Below, piece by piece: positions 10,799 to 20,344 of a stretch of DNA of 64,000 nucleotides. The stretch is taken from contig BK006934.2 in assembly GCA_000146045.2 (NCBI GenBank), positions 160,001-224,000 of the forward strand. Reading direction: 5' to 3'. The position numbers and the translations under genes are program-made. The notes under the pieces are model-generated. The model saw only the letters and a list, made by a program, of their open reading frames with translations, ran no database searches and had not been told where the DNA came from. How positions within the stretch are numbered: position 1 is the stretch's first letter; each line of letters starts with the position of its first letter. This DNA comes from TPA_inf: Saccharomyces (lineage: Eukaryota).

Positions 10799-12970
10799 TC
10801 ATTTCAAAGTTTCTAAACGTTTATAGAAATCTTTTACTCTTTCATTGGTGCGAATCTTTCCTGGATCAAAGTTTAGGACCTGTAAGGTGTCCATAGTTAC
10901 CGCTCTTGACAGTGCAACATAAACTTGGCCGGCTTCGAAAATTCTCCTCAAGTCGACCTTTAGTCTTTGAATAGTTTGACCCTGTGCCTTATGAATGGAC
11001 AGTGCCCAGCATAGCATTAATGGAATCTGAGTTCTTTCTAACCCGACATTTTCTCTGGGAATATCAATGGGAAAGCGCTCTGGGACCATGAGCTCATGTA
11101 TGTACTTGTTTTTACCCACTGTCCACCTCACATAGGGGAATTTTTCCTTATGCGGAGAGATCTTAACTGCATAGTTTATCAAGATTTTCAAACGTTCCAA
11201 TCTAGCTAATGGCCTGGCATTCAAATCTTGACGAAACTCCTTTGATTCCTTTAACAAGGGATTACCAATGACCCGACTCACTAATCTCATGTCCATGACA
11301 ACTTCGTCATCCACAATCTTGTAAATTTCCTTCATTTTCACCACCAGCGATTCTGTAACAAAAAACAAAACTTTTCCCAATGATCCATTAACTAATTCTA
11401 CATCAGGCTTATTTTTCAACATCATTACCTGTGCATCTTCCTTCAATGCGACAACTTTTTCCACCATTAATGAAGAATCTAGTATCGCTTGGTATCTCTC
11501 GGGCGCGTTATCTACAGCTTTAAACTCATATAAATCACCAGGTAGAGACTGTAATTTCTTTACGTTGGATAGTTCAACTTCTCTTCTTGTGGCATACAGT
11601 TCTGTAGGAGCAATTCCATCGGCATAGTCTATATCCCTATTTAGGTTCCTTATTGTTTTAGCAATGTCGACAGTCAGCTCTCCGTATCTTATGGCATTTA
11701 GAATATCAATTAGTTTGTTATCCTGTTGTCTGAAAACCTTTGTCAGTAAAATCGTTTTTTGAATGCACCGTTTCCACATTTCACTTTCAAAACAAAATTT
11801 CACAACGTTATGCTCGTCCTTCTTAGCAACTGGTGGTAGTTGAAAAAAATCGCCTGTCAGGACCAATTGAATACCACCAAAGGGATCGTCGTTCTTCCGA
11901 ATTCTCCTTGCGATTTGCTCTAATTTATCCAACAGATTACCATCGACCATAGAAATTTCATCAATTATCAAAACTTTTGTATACCTCCATGCGGCCAATA
12001 AGTCCTTTTGTGATTGTATTTTTTTCACCAATTGGTCGATAGTTTTGTTCCCGATTCCTATACCAGACCACTTATGCAATGTGGAACCACCAATAGTCAC
12101 TGCCGCTAGCCCAGTTGAGGCGGTAATTGCAATTGATTCTTTCCCATACAAAGAGCTCAATTGTCTTATGATCGTTTGCAAAATGACCGACTTACCTGTA
12201 CCCGCACTACCGGTGTAAAAGACATTTGTTCTTTTTTTGACGATTAAATTAACCACTCTCTCTTGCTCCATTGTAAGTACCACTGGCGAAGACGCACTTC
12301 GGTGGTTCATTGAGTCCATATTTGATACTGTCTTTCTTAGCAGTGGTTTTATTTTCTTTGGTACTGTGAGCTTTAAACCTTGAAACTCCATAGAAGGTTT
12401 AGACCTCTTGGCTGGTCTTTCTGAATCAGTAGAAAGTTTCATGCTAGAATCTTCAATATTAATTGTACTAGTGAACGATAATTGTCTAGAATTGGATTTC
12501 ACGCTAGTAACCTCTCGCAAAGTCTCATCCTCATCAAAATGGTATGTTTTCTGAGTCGTGGACGCAGAGGCAGTCTTATGAAGAGAGCTGGTCATCGACA
12601 GCGATCTGCTAGACTTTTTATAGCTATTGAGTCTCGGCACATCTACCAATTTTTTGAATTCTGCGTCGGGATCATCATCTCCAAACGAACCTTGACTCTG
12701 CGAGAATAAGGAAGACGAATTATTCCGTATTAATCTTGGCCTAGGAGGTGCTGTTATATTACGGTTACCTTCGTCACCGCTTTCCAAATCAATTATTGTC
12801 GTGCTGTTTTTTGAAGCAGCAGCAGATTTTTTGCCGCAACCCATAAAGAACGAAGACAACGTTTGTTGCCTGTATGCGTGAGAGCCAGATGCCGAAGCAG
12901 CAGGTGTGCTACCATTTGAGGATCTTTTAGACCATTGCTTCTTGTTACCGGAGGCATGCGACCTGAACAT
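10799..12970 (-). CDS. RRM3: Pif1-family 5'-3' DNA helicase Rrm3 (723 aa)
   Basis: 723 aa. Walker A GSAGTGKS and Pif1-family helicase motifs, with a Ser-rich disordered N-terminus. Confidence 0.9.
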   Translation of the reverse strand: MFRSHASGNKKQWSKRSSNGSTPAASASGSHAYRQQTLSSFFMGCGKKSAAASKNSTTIIDLESGDEGNRNITAPPRPRLIRNNSSSLFSQSQGSFGDDDPDAEFKKLVDVPRLNSYKKSSRSLSMTSSLHKTASASTTQKTYHFDEDETLREVTSVKSNSRQLSFTSTINIEDSSMKLSTDSERPAKRSKPSMEFQGLKLTVPKKIKPLLRKTVSNMDSMNHRSASSPVVLTMEQERVVNLIVKKRTNVFYTGSAGTGKSVILQTIIRQLSSLYGKESIAITASTGLAAVTIGGSTLHKWSGIGIGNKTIDQLVKKIQSQKDLLAAWRYTKVLIIDEISMVDGNLLDKLEQIARRIRKNDDPFGGIQLVLTGDFFQLPPVAKKDEHNVVKFCFESEMWKRCIQKTILLTKVFRQQDNKLIDILNAIRYGELTVDIAKTIRNLNRDIDYADGIAPTELYATRREVELSNVKKLQSLPGDLYEFKAVDNAPERYQAILDSSLMVEKVVALKEDAQVMMLKNKPDVELVNGSLGKVLFFVTESLVVKMKEIYKIVDDEVVMDMRLVSRVIGNPLLKESKEFRQDLNARPLARLERLKILINYAVKISPHKEKFPYVRWTVGKNKYIHELMVPERFPIDIPRENVGLERTQIPLMLCWALSIHKAQGQTIQRLKVDLRRIFEAGQVYVALSRAVTMDTLQVLNFDPGKIRTNERVKDFYKRLETLK

Positions 12971-13343
12971 CGGGATGTCTTATAAGAACAAATCTCTCGA
13001 CTTTTGAGCTTGTTCTCCTCTGCTTATTGTTCGAGATGATGTTTATTTACATATTCTTTGACGTAATAATATCGGAATAATGCATGCGCATTCGGGTTAG
13101 CCCCGTTATAGGGAAAATGAAAAAAAAAAAAATAATAAAAAAAAAAAAGACTAAAAAAATAGAAGAGCACGGCAACTTAAAAAGAAAAAAAAAATTTATG
13201 ATAACTACAAAATAGTAAAGAACCCTGGCAAAAGAAATAAATCCGGTAAGGGAAGATAGACCGGCTTAAAAAGTACTTTTTCAGATTTGTCAAGGGTCTG
13301 TGTTAGCGGTGAAGAAGATAGAAGAAGAAGACGAAAGAAGACT

Positions 13344-15089
13344 ATGTCTAAACAATTTAGTCATACCACCAACGACAGAAGATCATCGATTATCTACTCC
13401 ACCAGTGTCGGGAAGGCAGGGCTTTTCACGCCTGCAGACTACATCCCACAGGAGTCAGAAGAAAACTTAATTGAGGGCGAAGAGCAAGAGGGTAGTGAAG
13501 AAGAACCTTCCTATACCGGCAATGACGATGAGACGGAGAGGGAAGGTGAATACCATTCGTTGTTAGATGCCAACAATTCGCGGACATTGCAACAAGAAGC
13601 GTGGCAACAAGGTTATGACTCTCACGACCGTAAGCGGTTGCTTGACGAAGAACGGGACCTGCTAATAGACAACAAACTGCTCTCTCAACACGGCAACGGT
13701 GGGGGAGATATAGAAAGTCACGGACATGGCCAAGCAATTGGACCGGACGAGGAAGAAAGACCAGCTGAGATTGCAAATACGTGGGAGAGCGCGATCGAGA
13801 GTGGTCAGAAAATCAGCACAACTTTTAAGAGAGAAACGCAAGTGATCACGATGAATGCGTTGCCGCTAATCTTCACCTTTATCTTGCAAAATTCGTTGTC
13901 ACTAGCATCTATTTTCTCCGTCTCACATTTAGGGACGAAAGAGCTAGGTGGTGTTACACTCGGTTCTATGACTGCTAACATCACGGGTCTTGCTGCTATT
14001 CAAGGTCTGTGTACATGTCTGGACACACTGTGTGCGCAGGCATACGGTGCCAAAAACTACCACTTGGTGGGTGTGCTAGTGCAGAGATGTGCTGTGATCA
14101 CCATCTTGGCGTTCTTGCCAATGATGTATGTTTGGTTTGTTTGGTCGGAAAAGATCCTAGCACTAATGATTCCGGAGAGAGAACTATGCGCGCTAGCGGC
14201 TAACTATCTACGTGTAACCGCATTCGGTGTGCCAGGATTCATCCTTTTTGAATGTGGTAAGAGGTTCCTACAATGTCAAGGTATATTCCATGCATCCACA
14301 ATCGTGCTCTTTGTGTGCGCACCCTTGAACGCATTGATGAACTACTTACTTGTTTGGAATGACAAGATTGGGATTGGGTACCTTGGTGCGCCATTATCGG
14401 TTGTGATCAACTACTGGTTGATGACGCTCGGATTACTAATATACGCAATGACCACCAAGCACAAGGAGAGACCACTCAAATGCTGGAATGGTATCATCCC
14501 TAAGGAACAAGCATTTAAGAACTGGCGTAAGATGATTAACCTAGCTATTCCCGGCGTGGTGATGGTGGAGGCAGAGTTCCTCGGCTTTGAAGTGTTGACA
14601 ATTTTCGCTTCCCATCTGGGCACCGATGCCTTGGGCGCTCAGTCGATTGTGGCTACGATTGCGTCTCTTGCATACCAAGTGCCTTTCTCTATCTCCGTTT
14701 CTACCAGTACACGTGTAGCCAATTTTATCGGCGCGTCGCTATACGACAGCTGCATGATCACGTGCCGCGTGTCCTTATTGTTGTCCTTTGTGTGCTCCTC
14801 AATGAACATGTTCGTTATCTGCCGTTATAAGGAACAAATCGCAAGTCTATTTTCTACTGAGAGCGCTGTAGTGAAGATGGTCGTGGACACACTACCTCTT
14901 CTTGCGTTCATGCAATTATTCGATGCCTTTAATGCGTCCACCGCCGGATGCCTACGTGGTCAAGGGAGACAAAAAAATAGGTGGGTACATCAACCTAGTC
15001 GCATTCTACTGCCTAGGTGTGCCCATGGCATATGTGTTAGCATTCCTGTATCATCTGGGTGTAGGCGGCTTATGGTTGGGTATAACTAG
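13344..15089 (+). CDS. ERC1: MATE-family transporter Erc1, a 581-aa frameshift-truncated allele
   Basis: MatE TM repeats follow a hydrophilic N-terminus. The first ATG at 13344 gives 581 aa. The last ~37 residues ([18 protein letters not shown]...) look like out-of-frame text after the A7 run at 14971-14977. Confidence 0.85.
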
Positions 15090-15198
15090 CGCGTTGGTAA
15101 TGATGAGTGTGTGTCAAGGATACGCCGTTTTTCATGGTGATAGACGCCGTATTCTCGGAGCGGCACGCAAGCGCAATGCTGAGACCCATACATCATGA
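14978..15198 (+). other. Out-of-frame (+1) continuation of the ERC1 MATE C-terminus (last TM segments), separated from the ERC1 frame by an A7 homopolymer
   Basis: The +1 frame after the A-run reads [55 protein letters not shown], a typical MATE TM12 and C-tail. The track shows it as part of a 98-aa TTG-started ORF, 14902-15198. Confidence 0.7.
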
Positions 15199-15547
15199 AA
15201 CTCCTTCAGGGTCGAATGACGTATAGGGGAGATGCACACCCCCACCCCCGCATCACACCCAGTCTTCTAGCCAATTATGTTGGTAATTTTAAGGGTTTCG
15301 CCATGTGGCATGCCACCGGCAAAATAATACACGTGCCCGTACGGCACCAAACGGGCATGCATTTTTGCATTTGAAAAAGTTTGCTGCCCTTCATGTGCTT
15401 TTATGTATGCATACACATACACATTCGTGCATACATTCATTTATATATATATAGAGTGTGCATCGTGCATATGATTATTCATTACCACTTTTTTTGTTTT
15501 TGATTTTGTTCGTCAAAAGGAAGAGAAAAGGCATATCGAAGGGTGTA

Positions 15548-16819
15548 ATGACAAAAGCTTATACTATCGTTATCAAGCTGGGCAGTTCGTCGCTCGTCGA
15601 CGAGAGCACAAAAGAGCCAAAGTTGTCCATCATGACGTTAATCGTCGAGACCGTGACGAATCTTAAGCGCATGGGCCACAAAGTGATCATCGTATCCAGC
15701 GGCGGCATTGCCGTTGGTTTGGACGCTCTCAACATTCCGCACAAGCCTAAGCAGTTGTCTGAAGTGCAAGCGATTGCCGCTGTCGGACAAGGCCGTCTCA
15801 TCGCGCGCTGGAACATGCTGTTTTCCCAGTATGGCGAGCAAACAGCGCAGATCCTGCTCACGCGTAACGATATACTGCGTTGGAACCAGTACAATAACGC
15901 ACGCAATACAATCAACGAACTGCTGGCCATGGGTGTCATCCCTATAGTCAACGAAAACGATACGCTATCCATTAGCGAGATCGAGTTCGGCGATAACGAC
16001 ACGCTTTCTGCCATTACCGCTGCTCTTGTAGGGGCGGATTTCCTGTTCTTGCTCACAGATGTGGACTGCCTATATACAGACAATCCGCGCACTAATCCGG
16101 ATGCTCGTCCTATTGTTCTCGTGCCAGAGCTATCAGAGGGCCTTCCGGGCGTCAACACTTCCAGTGGTTCAGGCTCCGAGGTTGGCACGGGCGGAATGCG
16201 CACCAAACTCATAGCCGCCGACCTCGCCTCTAATGCCGGTATCGAGACTATTGTGATGAAGAGCGACCGTCCAGAGTACGTCCCGAAGATCGTTGACTAC
16301 ATTCAGCATCACTTCCGCCCTCCGCGCCATATCGGAAACGGCACACAGCAGCAGTTTCTCGATCTTCAGGATACGGAGCTCGAACAGTTGCGTCGCTACG
16401 ATGTTCCCATGCACACCAAGTTCTTAGCTAATGACAACAAACACAAGCTTAAGAACAGGGAATTTTGGATTCTGCACGGGCTCATTACCAAGGGCGCCAT
16501 TATCATCGACGAGAACAGCTATGATAAACTTTTGTCAAAGGATATGGCTAGTCTGACTCCAAACGCCGTGATCGAAGTCCGAGACAACTTCCACGAACTT
16601 GAATGCGTTGATCTCAAAATAGGCCAGCGGTTACCCAATGGCGAATTGGATATCTCGAAGCCGATTCAGTCTGTTGGATGCGTCCGCTCCAATTATACGA
16701 GTCTGGAGCTTGCGAAGATCAAGGGCTTACCCAGTGAGAAGATTCACGATGTTTTGGGCTACAGTGTGAGTGAATACGTAGCACATAGAGAAAACATCGC
16801 TTTCCCTCCGCAATTTTGA
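15548..16819 (+). CDS. YHR033W: Glutamate 5-kinase-like protein, a Pro1 paralog (423 aa)
   Basis: Amino-acid kinase domain ([19 protein letters not shown]) plus a PUA-like C-terminus. The start is placed at [10 protein letters not shown], 30 codons downstream of the track start. Confidence 0.85.
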   Translation: MTKAYTIVIKLGSSSLVDESTKEPKLSIMTLIVETVTNLKRMGHKVIIVSSGGIAVGLDALNIPHKPKQLSEVQAIAAVGQGRLIARWNMLFSQYGEQTAQILLTRNDILRWNQYNNARNTINELLAMGVIPIVNENDTLSISEIEFGDNDTLSAITAALVGADFLFLLTDVDCLYTDNPRTNPDARPIVLVPELSEGLPGVNTSSGSGSEVGTGGMRTKLIAADLASNAGIETIVMKSDRPEYVPKIVDYIQHHFRPPRHIGNGTQQQFLDLQDTELEQLRRYDVPMHTKFLANDNKHKLKNREFWILHGLITKGAIIIDENSYDKLLSKDMASLTPNAVIEVRDNFHELECVDLKIGQRLPNGELDISKPIQSVGCVRSNYTSLELAKIKGLPSEKIHDVLGYSVSEYVAHRENIAFPPQF

Positions 16820-16843
16820 GAATATTCCCTTTTTTTTACCGGA

Positions 16844-16861
16844 TTAAAAAAAAAAAAAAAA
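16844..16861. repeat. Poly(dA) homopolymer of 18 A in the convergent 3' region between YHR033W and PIH1
   Basis: Read directly from the sequence. Confidence 0.9.
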
Positions 16862-16964
16862 ATTCTGTTATAGATGCACATCATATCTCTCTCCTTTTTC
16901 CCGCTTTTATATATTCGTTCGTATTAGTCACAACAAAAACCAAAAGAATACTCGAAATGTTAGT

Positions 16965-17999
16965 TTATATATATATATATAGTGTGCGTTCTTTGCGGAT
17001 ATGGAAAATCTTGATATCTGCTGCATTCACGACTATGTCGCGCGGCAAAGGTATGCTCAGCTTACCGTTAATGTATAAAATATTCTCTGCGAAGTTGTAG
17101 CTCGGAGAGAACCGGTCCGGCTTCGAGTTCGGAGCTTTGTTCTCAATAAGAATTCGCAGCTTGTAGGCGGCCCCTTTGAACCTCTTCATCTTTACCTCGT
17201 ATTCCGGCACGTCCTCCTGCTGCTCGTGCGGTGCAGGTGCAGGTGCAGGTGCCTGTTTCAGGTTTCTGTGAGCAATCTCGTTCTTATCAATCTCCTCTAT
17301 CTTGGCTCCGGAGATTTTGTTCTCGATAGGGAACAATGGTGGTAGTGTTCCATCGTCGGGATCATTATTATCATCGCCATCGTCATTCCTTCCTCTCAAT
17401 ATACTCATCGGGTCTCCGGCCTCCTCTTCTATGATTTTATGCATTTTTGCCTTGTAATCTTGATGTAACTCATCATTCAATACCTCTAGTGCAGGAAGCT
17501 CAGCGCCCTTCTTCTTCATCTTGGGGAATGCAATGCGATCTCTGCACAATACCACCGAATCTCGGATCTCACATGACTCCAAGCACCATTCGACCAGTAT
17601 CTCTCGCAGTTGGATATCATCGCATATCCAGCGCGAGCAATCGCTATTTATGCAGCAATCCCACACATAGCACTCCTGCCCCTTCTTGTCATGGTCCATG
17701 CGGTAGCAGGATGTAATAATAGGAATCTCCCATTCGTTTTGGATGATGAGCGGGAACACTATCCTTGCATTAAAATCGACCTCAGGTTTGGGCACTAACG
17801 GAGAGTGACAAACATTGATGAACACCTTCCTGCCATCTTGCAGTTTTTCCGGCCCATTAGCGGATAATAGTTTTGTCTTAATTACAAAATCTGCGATGGG
17901 CTCAATTTTAGACACCGATCCGTCTGCAGCGTCCACCGACACGTACTTGTCCTCGTTTCTATGACGTTGCTTAATTGGTCTCAATAAGAAATCGGCCAT
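16965..17999 (-). CDS. PIH1: R2TP co-chaperone component Pih1 (344 aa)
   Basis: 344 aa. Pih1 N-terminal domain, plus an internal (PA)5 repeat encoded by (GGTGCA)n at 17228-17256. Confidence 0.88.
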   Translation of the reverse strand: MADFLLRPIKQRHRNEDKYVSVDAADGSVSKIEPIADFVIKTKLLSANGPEKLQDGRKVFINVCHSPLVPKPEVDFNARIVFPLIIQNEWEIPIITSCYRMDHDKKGQECYVWDCCINSDCSRWICDDIQLREILVEWCLESCEIRDSVVLCRDRIAFPKMKKKGAELPALEVLNDELHQDYKAKMHKIIEEEAGDPMSILRGRNDDGDDNNDPDDGTLPPLFPIENKISGAKIEEIDKNEIAHRNLKQAPAPAPAPHEQQEDVPEYEVKMKRFKGAAYKLRILIENKAPNSKPDRFSPSYNFAENILYINGKLSIPLPRDIVVNAADIKIFHIRKERTLYIYI

Positions 18000-18218
18000 C
18001 GGTTAAGGTCTGTTTGTTCGCTTTGAAAAGTCTGTTCCCTGTATTCCTTTTTCTTCCATGCATATGAATTCAAGAATTCCTAGTTTTTTTCTATCATTAT
18101 TGTCTTCTGATTTTTTTTAAGGAAAAAAAATATCAAGAGTAAAAATAGTGATCAGGTACTGAATCCTGTATTTGTACAATACTGCAATCTAGCACCAAAT
18201 TTGGCCAAGGAAGTGCCT

Positions 18219-20111
18219 ATGTGTTCTCCAACTAATTTCTTATATGAGCCCTTTTCCAGCGATGCTGTGACGCAGAACTATGACCAAAATCTAAAATGCA
18301 CCAAATGTGGCGCCTATTATTCGATGGCTTGTTCCCTACGAGAACAGAATGTTTGGACTTGTCTATTCTGCAACCAATCAAACTCAAATGCTGAATTGCC
18401 ACTGGTACCTTCCAACACCTATACATTGACTTCTGCAAAGAAAGAAATACTTTCAAGACGGACCATTATGATTATAGACGCTATTTGCGATCCTCATGAG
18501 CTAAATTATTTAGTTTCCATTCTATGTAATAATTACATCACAAGACAACAAGAGCCACTATCAATAATTACTATTCAGCAATCAGGTCATGTGATTTTAC
18601 ACAATGCTGTGAATCACAGACGTGATGCTGTATTTTCAATAAATGAATTTATGACCAAATATAATCTTGATAAATTAAATGCCAGTTACTTCGAGAAAAA
18701 AATTTCAGAAATCAATCAAGAATCATACTGGTTTGATAAATCTACTCAGGGTTCTTTAAGAAAATTGCTACGGGAAATATGCAAGATTGCAAACAAAGTG
18801 AATATCAGTTCTAAAAGGGACAAGCGTTGCACCGGATTAGCGCTGTTCGTTTCATCCGTACTGGCGTCTCAGTGCAGTTTGTCAGCCTACTGTCATATAG
18901 TTTCATTCCTGAATGGTCCATGTACTAAGGGTGGCGGCAAAGTTATGTCAAGAGAACGTGGTGAAAGCATGAGACAAAACCACCATTTTGAATCCAAAAG
19001 TTCACAATTGCAACTATCAAAAAGTCCGACAAAATTTTACAAGAAAATGCTTGAAAAATTTGCAAACCAATCGTTAATCTATGAATTCTTTATAGCTTCA
19101 TTGGATCAAATCGGTATACTCGAAATGAGTCCATTAATAACTTCGTCAATGGCAGTTTCTCAGTTTGATTCATTCAATGATGAGAGATTCGCAATGTCTT
19201 TTCAAAAGTACCTGAACTTGCGTGACCATAATGCCATTTACAATTGTCATTCAAAGATAATGACCGCAAAGAACGCTATTGTCGTTAAGGACTTCCCAAA
19301 ATATAGCTTAAACCCTAAAAACCTTTCTCTACCATTAGAAATCTCACTAGGTCACAATTCAGCTGAAGCTCCTATACAGTTTCAAACCACTTTTGAAAAT
19401 CAAACGGAAAAATACATAAGAATTGAAACCCTCTTATTGCCAAAAGCCAATAGATCATTTGGGGCACAAAATGAAATTGTGTTTTCAATGAAAAAGATAG
19501 CCTCACGAATTATCGATAGCTTTGCTTACTCATCCAAGCACACTAAAGAATTGATGAAGCAATTGTTTCTATTACCAAATCAAATCCGGGGAAAAGACGT
19601 AGATATGGTCAATCTGATACAGTGGTGTTATCATATATATAGGTCTCCAATTCTATCGGTTCGGAATACTTCACCTGATGAAAGGTACCTTTTTCTTCAC
19701 CGAATAATAAACGCTTCTAAAGACACATGCCTTTCATTATGCAAACCCTTCATCTGGAGTTACAGTGATTTGAAACACGACTGGATCGTGTTGGATGTCC
19801 CATTAACAAGAGCCCAGATACTTCAAGATGATAAAACCACCATTTGTGTAGATGGTGGCTCGTACTTAGTTTTAAGAAGGGGAAAACTTTTGGAAAAAGA
19901 AGGTCGCGAGCTCTGTTGCAAGCTTTTAAATGACTTGCAAAGGTTTCCGCAGCCATTATATGTTGAAACTAAAACCGGTGGCAGTCAGGACCGTTTCTTG
20001 AAAAGCAAAATTATTCCCTTGGACATCACTGACAAGGAAACTCTTGGTACAGAGGATATGACATTCAATGAATATTTCAACTTGTTCACCGATCTAAGTG
20101 GAAGCAAATAA
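18219..20111 (+). CDS. NEL1: Sec23-like GTPase-activating protein for Sar1 (630 aa)
   Basis: N-terminal zinc finger (CTKCGAYY...CLFCNQ) and Sec23/24 trunk-like regions. The first ATG is at 18219; the track start at 18201 is a TTG. Confidence 0.85.
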   Translation: MCSPTNFLYEPFSSDAVTQNYDQNLKCTKCGAYYSMACSLREQNVWTCLFCNQSNSNAELPLVPSNTYTLTSAKKEILSRRTIMIIDAICDPHELNYLVSILCNNYITRQQEPLSIITIQQSGHVILHNAVNHRRDAVFSINEFMTKYNLDKLNASYFEKKISEINQESYWFDKSTQGSLRKLLREICKIANKVNISSKRDKRCTGLALFVSSVLASQCSLSAYCHIVSFLNGPCTKGGGKVMSRERGESMRQNHHFESKSSQLQLSKSPTKFYKKMLEKFANQSLIYEFFIASLDQIGILEMSPLITSSMAVSQFDSFNDERFAMSFQKYLNLRDHNAIYNCHSKIMTAKNAIVVKDFPKYSLNPKNLSLPLEISLGHNSAEAPIQFQTTFENQTEKYIRIETLLLPKANRSFGAQNEIVFSMKKIASRIIDSFAYSSKHTKELMKQLFLLPNQIRGKDVDMVNLIQWCYHIYRSPILSVRNTSPDERYLFLHRIINASKDTCLSLCKPFIWSYSDLKHDWIVLDVPLTRAQILQDDKTTICVDGGSYLVLRRGKLLEKEGRELCCKLLNDLQRFPQPLYVETKTGGSQDRFLKSKIIPLDITDKETLGTEDMTFNEYFNLFTDLSGSK

Positions 20112-20344
20112 CTCGCTAAATATTCTTGCTGCACTTTGCGACGCCTGTATTGGCGAAAACAAAAAGTAAAGAAAAAAAAACTTTAGATGAAATAGAGCAA
20201 AATTCCCTAAGACAATAGAAGATACAAAAGCAAGTTGGGCCCTTAATTTCATCAAAGGTATAGCATCTCATCAAATAGTCGCTTGTTTATCGCAATACTT
20301 GCTTATTGAGTAGTTGTATTATAACGTTATATAGGATCTTCCAT

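Noticed and set aside
14902-15198. 98-aa ORF downstream of and overlapping the end of ERC1, as an independent gene
   Set aside because: Its C-terminal 73 residues are the frameshifted continuation of the ERC1 MATE C-terminus. It is not a separate gene.
15230-15270. Telomere-like C1-3A tract (CACACCCCCACCCCCGCATCACACCC) as an interstitial telomeric repeat
   Set aside because: It is too short and irregular, and it is interrupted by G and T. It is more likely a promoter element than a telomeric relic.
15458-15547. 30-codon N-terminal extension of YHR033W ([30 protein letters not shown])
   Set aside because: The upstream ATG sits directly after the (TA)n TATA region, so it is probably not in the mRNA. 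The kinase homology begins at [10 protein letters not shown]. Similar 5' over-extensions were trimmed for RPN1, NEL1, BRL1, MSC7, BCD1, AAP1, SMF2, RSC30 and CPR2, because the track uses TTG, GTG and CTG starts.
15559-16212. 217-aa ORF antisense within YHR033W, and smaller antisense ORFs at 15638-15841 and 16169-16414
   Set aside because: Long open frames are expected opposite a GC-rich coding region. The ORF starts at a non-ATG codon in the track and has no supporting features.
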